32,000 nucleotides of DNA from Candidatus Iainarchaeum sp. (GTDB lineage: Archaea; Iainarchaeota; Iainarchaeia; Iainarchaeales; 0-14-0-20-34-12): contig JAUSKK010000008.1 of NCBI GenBank assembly GCA_030649345.1, forward strand, positions 1 through 32,000, written 5' to 3'. Positions 24,381 to 32,000 of the stretch are shown here, piece after piece. Both the position numbers and the translations under genes were made by a program. Under the pieces are notes generated by a model, which saw nothing but the letters and a program-made list of their open reading frames with translations, did not search any database and was not told the DNA's origin. Numbering within the stretch: the first letter of the stretch is position 1; each line of letters starts with the position of its first letter.

Positions 24381-25040
24381 ATGAAATTTACTAAACAATA
24401 TTTGAATTCCAGCCCCTACATTGGCGTATTTGCAGTTACCAGTGAAACGATTTCTTTATTTCCTGCTTTTATTACAAAAAAACAAAAACTTTATTTTCAA
24501 GACATTTTGGGAACAGAAATTATTCAAGGAACTTTAGCAGGATCGCATTTATTGGGTGTGTTTGCTGTTGGATCGCAAAACAAGTTTTTAGTTTCCAATC
24601 TAATTTCAGACAAAGAATTGGATTTTTATAAAAATCAAGGATTGAAATTAGAAGTCTTAAGTGATAATTTGGCAGTTGGAAATTTAATTGCTTTAAATGA
24701 TTTTGGAGCAGTTTGTAGTCCTATTTTTTCCAAAGAAGACATCGCAAAGATTAAATCTTTTTTGGGCACAGAAGTTGTTACTTCTTTGGTTGGAAATCAT
24801 GATCTAACCGGGGCCAGTTGCAAGGCAACCAATGTTGGATTTATTGTAAGTCCTATGGTTACAGAACAAGAATTTAGTGTTTTGCAGAAAACATTAAAGG
24901 TAGACGGAATGCGAACCACAGCCAATTACGGTGATAGATATGTAGGCAATGGATTAATTGCCAATTCAAAAGGCGCAGTGATTGGTGTTCCAACCACAAC
25001 CCATGAAATGATTCGCATAGATGAAGCATTCAGAAAATAG
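24381..25040 (+). CDS. eif6: Translation initiation factor 6 (aIF6)
   Basis: 219 aa. Pentein-repeat pattern (IGVFAVTSE, LLGVFAVGSQN, VGNLIALND, ATNVGFIVSP, VGNGLIANSKG) and the conserved cluster position. Confidence 0.85.
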   Translation: MKFTKQYLNSSPYIGVFAVTSETISLFPAFITKKQKLYFQDILGTEIIQGTLAGSHLLGVFAVGSQNKFLVSNLISDKELDFYKNQGLKLEVLSDNLAVGNLIALNDFGAVCSPIFSKEDIAKIKSFLGTEVVTSLVGNHDLTGASCKATNVGFIVSPMVTEQEFSVLQKTLKVDGMRTTANYGDRYVGNGLIANSKGAVIGVPTTTHEMIRIDEAFRK

Positions 25041-25156
25041 GAATGAAATTTGAAGAGATGTACCACAAAATTTTAAATTTTGCGTATATACAAAATCGAT
25101 GATTTTGTAGTACATCGAAACCGTAGGTTTGGATAGACGAGGCATTCAGAAAATAA
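25017..25156 (+). mobile_element. Stop-codon-adjacent structured insertion with flanking duplication of the gene end (copy E3, larger and diverged)
   Basis: Gene end ATAGATGAAGCATTCAGAAAATAG (25017-25040), a 92-nt block, then ATAGACGAGGCATTCAGAAAATAA (25133-25156). The block starts GAATGAAATTTGAAG, has a 15-position hairpin 25057-25071/25102-25116 with a nested hairpin, then AAACC-GTA-GGTTT (25118-25130). Confidence 0.5.
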
Positions 25157-25191
25157 GAATAATTGAAACTAATATTTGAAAGGTGAAATGT

Positions 25192-25389
25192 ATGATGAAA
25201 AAATTTGAAATGAAAGGATCTTATAAAGAAAAAAAATCTTGGAAGAAATTTACTAGAACTGTAGAAGCTGTAAGTGAAAAACGAGCCCGAGAATTATTGC
25301 AAAGCTTATTAGGTTCAGAACACCAAGTAGTCAAGCATCATCTTAAAATTGATTCATTGCAAGAAGCTCAAGAAAAAACCGGTGAATAA
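25192..25389 (+). CDS. rplX: 50S ribosomal protein LX (L18Ae/eL20 family)
   Basis: ATG at 25192, 5 nt after AGGTGA. The ~65-aa product has the LX pattern (FEMKGSY...FTRTVEAVSEKRARELLQSLLGSEH) and the expected cluster position. Confidence 0.7.
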   Translation: MMKKFEMKGSYKEKKSWKKFTRTVEAVSEKRARELLQSLLGSEHQVVKHHLKIDSLQEAQEKTGE

Positions 25390-25854
25390 ATGTCTAAATT
25401 AAGATCTGAGTCTAAATCATTGACTGCTCAGCAAGTTATGGAACTGCATTCCATGACTCGAAATCGATTGGAAGGCGTTCAACAACAATTGGGAACATTT
25501 AATTCGTTTTTGCAGGATTTAGTGAATGCCAAAGCATCCATTGAACAATTAGAACAAGCAACTTCAACAGACCCAGTAATGTTTTCTTTGAGTGCCGGTG
25601 TTTTTGTTTCAGCTAACTTGGATAAAAAGCCCAAATTTTTGATTACAATTGGAGACGAAATTTATCATGCAACTACTCCAGAAAATGCTAAACAAAAATT
25701 GGATGCAAGAAAAGAAGATTTATTGAAAGCCATTGCATCCATGCAATTGGATCAAGAAAAATTAATCAAAAATTTACAAGACATGGAATCCATGCTAAAT
25801 CAAGCTCGCCGAAAAGCACAACTTCATCCGGAAACTACTCCGGCTGTAAGTTAA
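25390..25854 (+). CDS. pfdA: Prefoldin alpha subunit
   Basis: 154 aa. Coiled coil, beta-hairpin, coiled coil layout. The start codon abuts the LX stop. Conserved cluster position before ftsY. Confidence 0.7.
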   Translation: MSKLRSESKSLTAQQVMELHSMTRNRLEGVQQQLGTFNSFLQDLVNAKASIEQLEQATSTDPVMFSLSAGVFVSANLDKKPKFLITIGDEIYHATTPENAKQKLDARKEDLLKAIASMQLDQEKLIKNLQDMESMLNQARRKAQLHPETTPAVS

Positions 25855-25863
25855 TTGATTTCA

Positions 25864-26901
25864 ATGTTTGATGTTTTAAAGCAAAAATTAAATGATTTTT
25901 CAAAAAAACTCAAAACTACTTTATCTCGCGAACCCGAATCTTTTCCTCAAGAATCTAAACCTGCGTTACCTGAATCTAAACTAATTTCATCAGAAGAACC
26001 CAAGCGAGTATTGAAAGCAGAAATTTCTGCCATTTCTAAAGTCAAACATGTTTTTTCTTCTAAAGTAAAACTTTCTGAAAAAGACTTAGAAGACTTATTG
26101 TTTGATTTAGAATTATCTTTGTTGGAGGCAGACGTAGCTCATTCCACCAGCCAAGCTATTTGTTCTAGCATTAAAGAAAAACTTTTATCTATGGAATTTG
26201 ATAAATCAAATTTAGATTCAGCTATTCAAAAAGAAATTCGCTCTGTTTTGATTTCTTCGATTTCCATTCCTTCGTTTTCTTTGTTTGATAAAGTCAAACA
26301 GTCTTCCAAAAAACCGTTTACCATTTTATTGTTGGGGCCCAATGGAGCTGGGAAAACTACTACGATTGCCAAGCTTTCGCATTATTTTTTAGAACATAAC
26401 CTTAAAATTGTTTTAGCTGCAGCCGATACTTTTCGTGCTGCTTCCATTGAACAATTGGCTGAACATGCTCAACGTTTAAAAGTTCGAATGATTGCTCACA
26501 CGTATGGATCAGATCCTGCTGCTGTGGCTTTTGATGCAGTGCGTTCAGCTGAAGCTGGGCACATAGATGTAGTGTTAATTGATTCTGCTGGAAGACAAGA
26601 AACGAATACTAATTTAATGCAAGAATTAAAGAAAATGGTCCGCGTAGTTAAACCTGATTTGAAAATTTTTATCGGCGAATCTTTGGCTGGTCATGCTTTA
26701 TTGGATCAAGCATTGGAATATCATGAACAATTGTCTTTGGATGGATTTATTTTAACTAAATTAGATACAGACACTAAAGGTGGCACTATCATTAGTTTAT
26801 TGCATGAAATCAAGAAACCTGTTTTGTTTTTAGGTATTGGTCAAAAATATTCTGATTTAATTGAATTTAATTTAGATTATATTTTAGAAAAAATTATCTA
26901 G
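25864..26901 (+). CDS. ftsY: Signal recognition particle receptor FtsY
   Basis: Start taken at MFDVLKQKL (ATG at 25864). NG domain with GPNGAGKTTT, DTFRAA, DSAGRQ and TKLDTDTKGG motifs. Confidence 0.9.
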   Translation: MFDVLKQKLNDFSKKLKTTLSREPESFPQESKPALPESKLISSEEPKRVLKAEISAISKVKHVFSSKVKLSEKDLEDLLFDLELSLLEADVAHSTSQAICSSIKEKLLSMEFDKSNLDSAIQKEIRSVLISSISIPSFSLFDKVKQSSKKPFTILLLGPNGAGKTTTIAKLSHYFLEHNLKIVLAAADTFRAASIEQLAEHAQRLKVRMIAHTYGSDPAAVAFDAVRSAEAGHIDVVLIDSAGRQETNTNLMQELKKMVRVVKPDLKIFIGESLAGHALLDQALEYHEQLSLDGFILTKLDTDTKGGTIISLLHEIKKPVLFLGIGQKYSDLIEFNLDYILEKII

Positions 26902-27535
26902 CATTCAATCCGCGTTCTACGGCTGCATGAATTAGAGTCATATGATGGGTAATTAAATCCCGGTCTAATTGCATGCGTACTTGTTCATTGAGCCAATGAT
27001 TAAATACTGCAATATTGGCTTGACAAATGTCTTTTACATACGGAAAAATACTATCCCATGCTTCATTTACTTTATCTTTTCGTAAAGCTTGAGTGTGAAT
27101 TTCATCTAAATCTCTTAAAAAATATTCTGCTTCTTTTTGCACTTTAAGTACTCCATCATGTTTTGCAATTTTAATGGCTTGTTGTACTACGCTTCTTACG
27201 TCGGCAAAACTTTTTCGTTCTCCGCTTAACACTGCTATATTTAGGTCTTGCATTTGAAGATGCCGTGCAATTTCATTTCGTTGGCTTTTTTTAACATGGA
27301 GTCCTGCAACTAATTTTCCTAAAACTTTGGCTTTTACTAAATCATGAATAACATCTGCTGGAACTTTTCCTTTCAATTGTTTGCTTAAACGCAAAGCTTC
27401 GCGTACAAATTCTGTTGTAGTAAATTTTCGGTTAACGATTTCAGATTTTCTTCTCCGCTCATTTAATCGAACCCGCAATCCGGGTTTTCTCAAGCGTTTA
27501 ATTGTTCGAACCATTGCTGGTTTTCGCATGCTCAT
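26894..27535 (-). CDS. Hypothetical helical protein with polybasic N-terminus (MSMRKPAMVRTIKRLRKPGLR...)
   Basis: 213-aa ORF. Its 3' end overlaps the ftsY 3' end by 8 nt (convergent). No recognisable domain. Confidence 0.55.
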   Translation of the reverse strand: MSMRKPAMVRTIKRLRKPGLRVRLNERRRKSEIVNRKFTTTEFVREALRLSKQLKGKVPADVIHDLVKAKVLGKLVAGLHVKKSQRNEIARHLQMQDLNIAVLSGERKSFADVRSVVQQAIKIAKHDGVLKVQKEAEYFLRDLDEIHTQALRKDKVNEAWDSIFPYVKDICQANIAVFNHWLNEQVRMQLDRDLITHHMTLIHAAVERGLNAR

Positions 27536-27617
27536 ATCATTGTTTTAGTTGACGTTGTTTATATGACTTTTCTACTAATTAGGCATTGTTTTAAGTTTAG
27601 TTTAAATATTATTTTTT

Positions 27618-28577
27618 ATGCAAAAACCAATTCGCAAACCTTCTAAAGGAAAAATGGCTCCAAGATTGGAACGAAAAGCTCGTGGAGCTTATACGCCAAC
27701 TCAACCTCGTTTATTGGAAAATCGCTGGGCTGTAAATATTGGGACTGAAAGTAAGCCTAGGCTGAAAAGCAGATTGGATAGTCTTTTACGAAATCCAAAA
27801 AAAAGAATTGCTGAACGAAAATACTTTGCTGCTCGGTTGGATGCAGACCTTGAAGTTTTACATGCTTTTAATTCATCGGGTGAACGCAGAAAACCTTTGA
27901 ATGAAACACTGAAAAGATTAACTGAAGTTTTTACTGCTGAAGCAAGTCCGCATGCAGATGTGTATAGTGTTGGTAGAGAAATTCTTAATATTAAATTTAA
28001 TGCATGGCTTCCACGCATTCTTAATTTAGCCGATACTGTTATGGTTCACGGAACTCGAGAAGAACAAGCAAGTCAGTCTGCATTATTTGATGCTGTAATC
28101 AAATATATTTCCAGTCCTCCTGGAAAAGAACTTGAATTGAGTCATAGTAAGTCTATGCGAATGAAGAAAAAAAGAGAGGAAAGACCTGAAGTTTATGCAA
28201 AAGCAAAACAACTCAGAAAAGAAACTAAAAAAGAACAAAAACGCAGAAACTCTGAAAGGAAAGTGCGTTCAATTGTTTTTTTGAAGAAAACTTTTTTTGA
28301 TTCACTTCAAGGCGGATTAAGAGAACTTGCTAAAGCACAAGAAAGACTAAAAGACAAAGCGTCTCCAATGAATCCTAATCTTACTAGGTTATATCATTGG
28401 CTGCTTCGAAGTCAAATTGATCTTATTTTTGAAAGAATTGACGAATTTAAAGCTACTCCAGTATTTCGGGGTATTTCAGTAGACGAACGCAGGCAAATTT
28501 CCGATACTGTGCATGCCTGCAATCTGGTTTTACTAGAGTACTCTTTGAAATTGATTCGCAAGCCTCCAACAAAATAA
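27618..28577 (+). CDS. Hypothetical protein with PIRKP motif at both termini
   Basis: 319-aa ORF. N-terminus MQKPIRKPSKGK, C-terminus LIRKPPTK, central K/E/R-rich coil. No recognisable domain. Confidence 0.55.
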   Translation: MQKPIRKPSKGKMAPRLERKARGAYTPTQPRLLENRWAVNIGTESKPRLKSRLDSLLRNPKKRIAERKYFAARLDADLEVLHAFNSSGERRKPLNETLKRLTEVFTAEASPHADVYSVGREILNIKFNAWLPRILNLADTVMVHGTREEQASQSALFDAVIKYISSPPGKELELSHSKSMRMKKKREERPEVYAKAKQLRKETKKEQKRRNSERKVRSIVFLKKTFFDSLQGGLRELAKAQERLKDKASPMNPNLTRLYHWLLRSQIDLIFERIDEFKATPVFRGISVDERRQISDTVHACNLVLLEYSLKLIRKPPTK

Positions 28578-28618
28578 TACCTTTTAATTAAATTTCTGTC
28601 CTAATTCTTTTAGATTTT

Positions 28619-29977
28619 ATGTCTTTCGGAGAAAAACTAAAAGGTGCATTTGACAAAATCCGCTTAGCTGCTGTAGTCGACAAAGATTTAGTTAAAGAAA
28701 TTAACCGCGAACTTCAAAGAGCTTTAATTTCTGCAGATGTTCCGATTGATTTGGTTTTAGAGTTAAGCAAAAAAGTAGAGCAAGCCAGTATTGAAAAAAT
28801 TCCAGAAGGATTAAGCCGAAAAGAACACTTGCTGAAAAAGACGCATGATTTTTTAATTGAATTATTAAATCCAGGAAAAGAACTTCCTTTAAGGCCAGAA
28901 AAAATTTTATTAATTGGTTTATATGGAAGTGGAAAAACTACGAGTGCTGGAAAATTAGCGAAATGGTTTAAACGAAAAGGACGCAGACCTTTATTGGTTG
29001 CAGCTGATGTTGATAGACCAGCTGCATTTGAACAACTTCAACAACTCAGCGAAAAAATGTTTATTCCTTTTTTTGGAGAAAAACAAAACAAAAATGCAGC
29101 CCAAATTGTCGAACATGCTTTAGAGAATAAAAAAAATGCAGACCTAATTATTGTGGATAGTGCTGGAAGAAGTGCTTTGGATCAAAATTTAATTGATGAA
29201 TTAAAACAAATTAAACAAACTTTAAATCCAGATCAAATTTGGTTAGTGTTAAGTTCAGATATTGGTCAAGTAGCTGGAAAGCAAGCCAAAGCATTCCATG
29301 AATCTGTTGGCGTGAATGGAATTATTATTACAAAAACCGATGGTTCGGGTAAAGGCGGAGGTGCTTTAGCTGCTTGTCGAGTTGTTCAAGCACCTGTGTA
29401 TTTTATTGGAACTGGAGAACATGCCGATGACTTTCAAGTATTTGATGCTGCTCGTTATCTTTCCAGATTAATGGGCTACGGTGATTTGCCGGGTTTGTTG
29501 GAAAAAATTCAAACATTGCAGGCTGAATCTGATTTTAATCCAGAAGATTTATTGCAGGAAAAGTTTTCTTTGAAAACATTTTATGCTCAACTCGAAGCCA
29601 CGAATAAGATTGGAACATTTGATAAAATTACTGAAATGCTGGGAATGAAAGAAGCGGTTCCTAAAAATGAAATGGAACGCATGCAAAAACGTTTAAGTGT
29701 TTACAAATATTTAATGGATTCCATGACTGAAAAAGAAAGACTAAATCCAGATATTATTACTGTTTCTAGAATGAAACGCATTGCCAAAGGTTCGGGCAGA
29801 ACAGAACAAGATGTTCGAGAATTATTAAAACAATTCAAACAAATGGATCGAATGTTTTCAAAAATGCAAAAACTCAATCCAGCCAATATGGAAAACATGA
29901 ACCAACAAGACATTGGAAAACTCATGCAAAAATTGGGTGCTGGAAAACAAAAAAAGAAAAAATTTAGATTCAAATAA
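28619..29977 (+). CDS. srp54: Signal recognition particle protein SRP54
   Basis: 452 aa. NG domain (GLYGSGKTTS, DVDRPAA, DSAGRS, TKTDGSGKGG) plus a Met-rich M domain. Lys-rich tail. Confidence 0.9.
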   Translation: MSFGEKLKGAFDKIRLAAVVDKDLVKEINRELQRALISADVPIDLVLELSKKVEQASIEKIPEGLSRKEHLLKKTHDFLIELLNPGKELPLRPEKILLIGLYGSGKTTSAGKLAKWFKRKGRRPLLVAADVDRPAAFEQLQQLSEKMFIPFFGEKQNKNAAQIVEHALENKKNADLIIVDSAGRSALDQNLIDELKQIKQTLNPDQIWLVLSSDIGQVAGKQAKAFHESVGVNGIIITKTDGSGKGGGALAACRVVQAPVYFIGTGEHADDFQVFDAARYLSRLMGYGDLPGLLEKIQTLQAESDFNPEDLLQEKFSLKTFYAQLEATNKIGTFDKITEMLGMKEAVPKNEMERMQKRLSVYKYLMDSMTEKERLNPDIITVSRMKRIAKGSGRTEQDVRELLKQFKQMDRMFSKMQKLNPANMENMNQQDIGKLMQKLGAGKQKKKKFRFK

Positions 29978-29981
29978 AATT

Positions 29982-30668
29982 TTAAGTTAATAACTTAAGT
30001 CGTTGTGCAGCTATCACATAATCAATTTCAGAAAGCCTAGAAACCGCATTGGTTTCAACTAAAGTTTCACGAACCAAACTATTGGCTTGGTCGAATTCCT
30101 CCAAGGTTAAGTTTAATTTCAAAGAAATTTCATGGGCATCGTATCCTTGAACGGTGAGTTCAAATAATTCACTCAATCTCTGAAAAATTCCAGAAGTACT
30201 GGTTAAGCCATATAAGTTATCTCTGCTGGCTTTTCTTTTCAAAGCAGCTAAAATTGTAGATTTTTTTAAATTTATTCTTTGCAACAAATCTCTAGAAACT
30301 ACTTCCGGTATGTGTTGAAGTAATCTTTGACATTCTCGAATTTGTCTTGCTTTAGTTTCTTTTCTGTATGCTTGTACCTCTCTTGCAATCAAAGGCTGTT
30401 GTCCTAAACGCAGTCTTAGTTTTGCATCTCTTTTTGTTCCCGGAAACTGCTTAACCCAGTTTATGTGAGCTTGTCTTAGTTGTTCTCTGTCTGTCACTCC
30501 TGAAAGAAAGTGATATATTTTGCTGACAACAGGCACTCTTTCTTTACTTTTTGCTCGTTTTTTCATTATTTCCAATATTTCTTCTCTGTTTTTCCCCTTT
30601 AATTTTAAAAGTCCTATTCTTAACAAAAGCCGGCTGCTTTTACTTAAATAGTTGGGTCTTCGAATCAT
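29982..30668 (-). CDS. Hypothetical protein, basic N-terminus (MIRRPNY...), C-terminal HTH-like segment
   Basis: 228 aa. The C-terminal VQGYDAHEISLKLNLTLEEFDQANSLVRETL resembles a LuxR/sigma-70 region-4 type helix-turn-helix. By eye only. Confidence 0.5.
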   Translation of the reverse strand: MIRRPNYLSKSSRLLLRIGLLKLKGKNREEILEIMKKRAKSKERVPVVSKIYHFLSGVTDREQLRQAHINWVKQFPGTKRDAKLRLRLGQQPLIAREVQAYRKETKARQIRECQRLLQHIPEVVSRDLLQRINLKKSTILAALKRKASRDNLYGLTSTSGIFQRLSELFELTVQGYDAHEISLKLNLTLEEFDQANSLVRETLVETNAVSRLSEIDYVIAAQRLKLLT

Positions 30669-30683
30669 TTTTTCAAGCCTTTT

Positions 30684-31319
30684 TTATTTAACTCGTGCAA
30701 ATACTCTGGCTGGAGCTCCATCTTCGCATTTCAAATTCAACGGAGCAACTATTATTTCGCATACCTTTTGTTTAATTTTGTTTACATTCACTAAATTTTC
30801 TACAATCACAATTCCTTTTTTTAACAAAATTTTGTGTACAGTATATGGCGAATTGTCAACTGTAAATGAATCAATTCCAACCAGCTTGATTTTTTTCTTA
30901 ATTAACCATTCAGCCAATTCTTTTGAAATCTCTGGATTTTTTTCCCAATAGTTTTGTTTTCCTATTTTTTGATTCCAGTTAGTACAAAAAATTACGCGTT
31001 TACATTCTTTGATTTCTGTTTCATATTTTTGTACGTTTTTAATTTCAATTTTAGAAATTCCTTGCACTTTTACAATCACAGCTTTTCCAATAAATGTTTC
31101 CAGTGGAATTTGATTTTTGGATTTTCCATTTTTTATAAAATGTCTCGGGAAATCTACATGGGTTCCAGTGTGAGAATTTATGTGAATCAGTGACTGTTTG
31201 CAATATTGGGTTCCACCAGCGTTTATAGATAAAATCTGAATTTTTGGATCACCTAAATGAACTGGTGTTTTCGAGCTTAATTCCATGCTGATGTCAATGA
31301 TTTTATTGTTTTTGCTCAT
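30684..31319 (-). CDS. Putative cyclase / arylformamidase-family hydrolase
   Basis: 211 aa. HTGTHVDFPRHF matches the HxGTHxDxPxH motif of the cyclase (kynurenine formamidase-like) family. Confidence 0.7.
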   Translation of the reverse strand: MSKNNKIIDISMELSSKTPVHLGDPKIQILSINAGGTQYCKQSLIHINSHTGTHVDFPRHFIKNGKSKNQIPLETFIGKAVIVKVQGISKIEIKNVQKYETEIKECKRVIFCTNWNQKIGKQNYWEKNPEISKELAEWLIKKKIKLVGIDSFTVDNSPYTVHKILLKKGIVIVENLVNVNKIKQKVCEIIVAPLNLKCEDGAPARVFARVK

Positions 31320-31329
31320 ATCAAACTAT

Positions 31330-31884
31330 ATGCCTAAACTTAAATTAAATCTTGGTTCTGTGTCCAAGCCTAAATTGCAGGCTGTAGAAGATGCTTTTTT
31401 GAAATATTTTCCAGAAATTGCCTTGCAAGGTTTTCCAGTTTCTTCAGGTGTTTCTTACCAGCCTATGGGTTTGAATGAAATATTGCAGGGTGCTAAAGTT
31501 CGAGCTCATGAAGCTTTTAAGGCTAGAAAATGCGATTACAGTATTGGTTTAGAAGCCGGCTGGTTAGATGTTCCTGGAACCAATACAGGTTACATGGATA
31601 TAGCGTTTTGTGTAATTTTTGACGGGAAAAAAAGCACGTTTGGAGGAAGCCCTTTGTTTGAATTGCCTCATAAAGTTGTTCAAAAAGTTGTTCATGAAAA
31701 AAAAGAATTAGGTTTAGTCTTTCCTGAACTTTGGCCGCATTTGCCGCATTCGAATGATCCGAATCACAAAGAAGCCATTCGTTTTTTATCCAAAGACGTA
31801 GTCAAACGTTCTGCTCTTTTAGAAATGGCAGTATTAATGGCTTTATTGCCAATTGTGTCCAAAGATGATTTTTATGATTTTTAA
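31330..31884 (+). CDS. Non-canonical purine NTP phosphatase (YjjX/DUF84-like inosine/xanthosine triphosphatase)
   Basis: Start taken at MPKLKLNLGS (ATG at 31330). Blocks LGSVSKPKLQAV, SSGVSYQPMG, GAKVRA, IGLEAG fit the family pattern. Confidence 0.65.
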   Translation: MPKLKLNLGSVSKPKLQAVEDAFLKYFPEIALQGFPVSSGVSYQPMGLNEILQGAKVRAHEAFKARKCDYSIGLEAGWLDVPGTNTGYMDIAFCVIFDGKKSTFGGSPLFELPHKVVQKVVHEKKELGLVFPELWPHLPHSNDPNHKEAIRFLSKDVVKRSALLEMAVLMALLPIVSKDDFYDF

Positions 31885-31889
31885 CTGTG

Positions 31890-32000
31890 ATGCAAATGAC
31901 TGACCTTTTACTAATTCGAGAAATTGTTTTATTGCTTGGTTTAATTTTAGCATCGTATTTTGATATCCGTAAACGCATTATTCCAGACAAACTTAATTAT
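31890..32000 (+). CDS. Prepilin/preflagellin peptidase (A24 family), 5' fragment running off the window
   Basis: The N-terminus MQMTDLLLIREIVLLLGLILASYFDIRKRIIPDKLNY has the hydrophobic helix plus D-x-R-x-R-I-P-D pattern of type IV prepilin-like peptidases. Confidence 0.5.
   Translation, partial: MQMTDLLLIREIVLLLGLILASYFDIRKRIIPDKLNY

Overview
AT-rich archaeal chromosome segment. The archaeal assignment rests on TFE, aTrm56, RadA, RPA, GGGP synthase, the conserved S19e/PDCD5-like/L39e/L31e/aIF6/LX/prefoldin-alpha/FtsY cluster, SRP54 and an SRP RNA. Small size, many Lys-rich protein tails and several bacterial-type genes (long RelA/SpoT homolog, ANWKMN-type TIM, fused RibD, MazG, Nudix, CysK) suggest a DPANN-like, reduced genome; that is inference. 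No transposase, integrase, CRISPR array or recognisable defence gene is visible. Main hunt result: a family of small, non-coding, two-hairpin insertions sitting exactly after stop codons. Each is bracketed by an 18-26 nt duplication of the gene's last codons plus stop (11673-11762, 23474-23580, 25017-25156). The hairpin stems covary, the loop is conserved, and the repeat copies differ almost only by silent changes. A related structured block follows the CBS-gene stop at 8059-8224. Other points: an SRP RNA that appears to lack helix 6; a four-CBS protein with an HPF/RaiA-like C-terminal domain next to the RSH gene; two tandem tiny polybasic ORFs with strong Shine-Dalgarno sites; a ribD with one in-frame TAA at the LEPC glutamate codon; a short [I/M/T]-R-[K/R]-(R)-P motif at the N-termini of five unrelated hypothetical proteins, three of them around ftsY/srp54; and a divergent paralog pair of possible Tiki/TraB/ChaN-like proteins. 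All functional calls come from reading motifs by eye; no database search or folding program was run.
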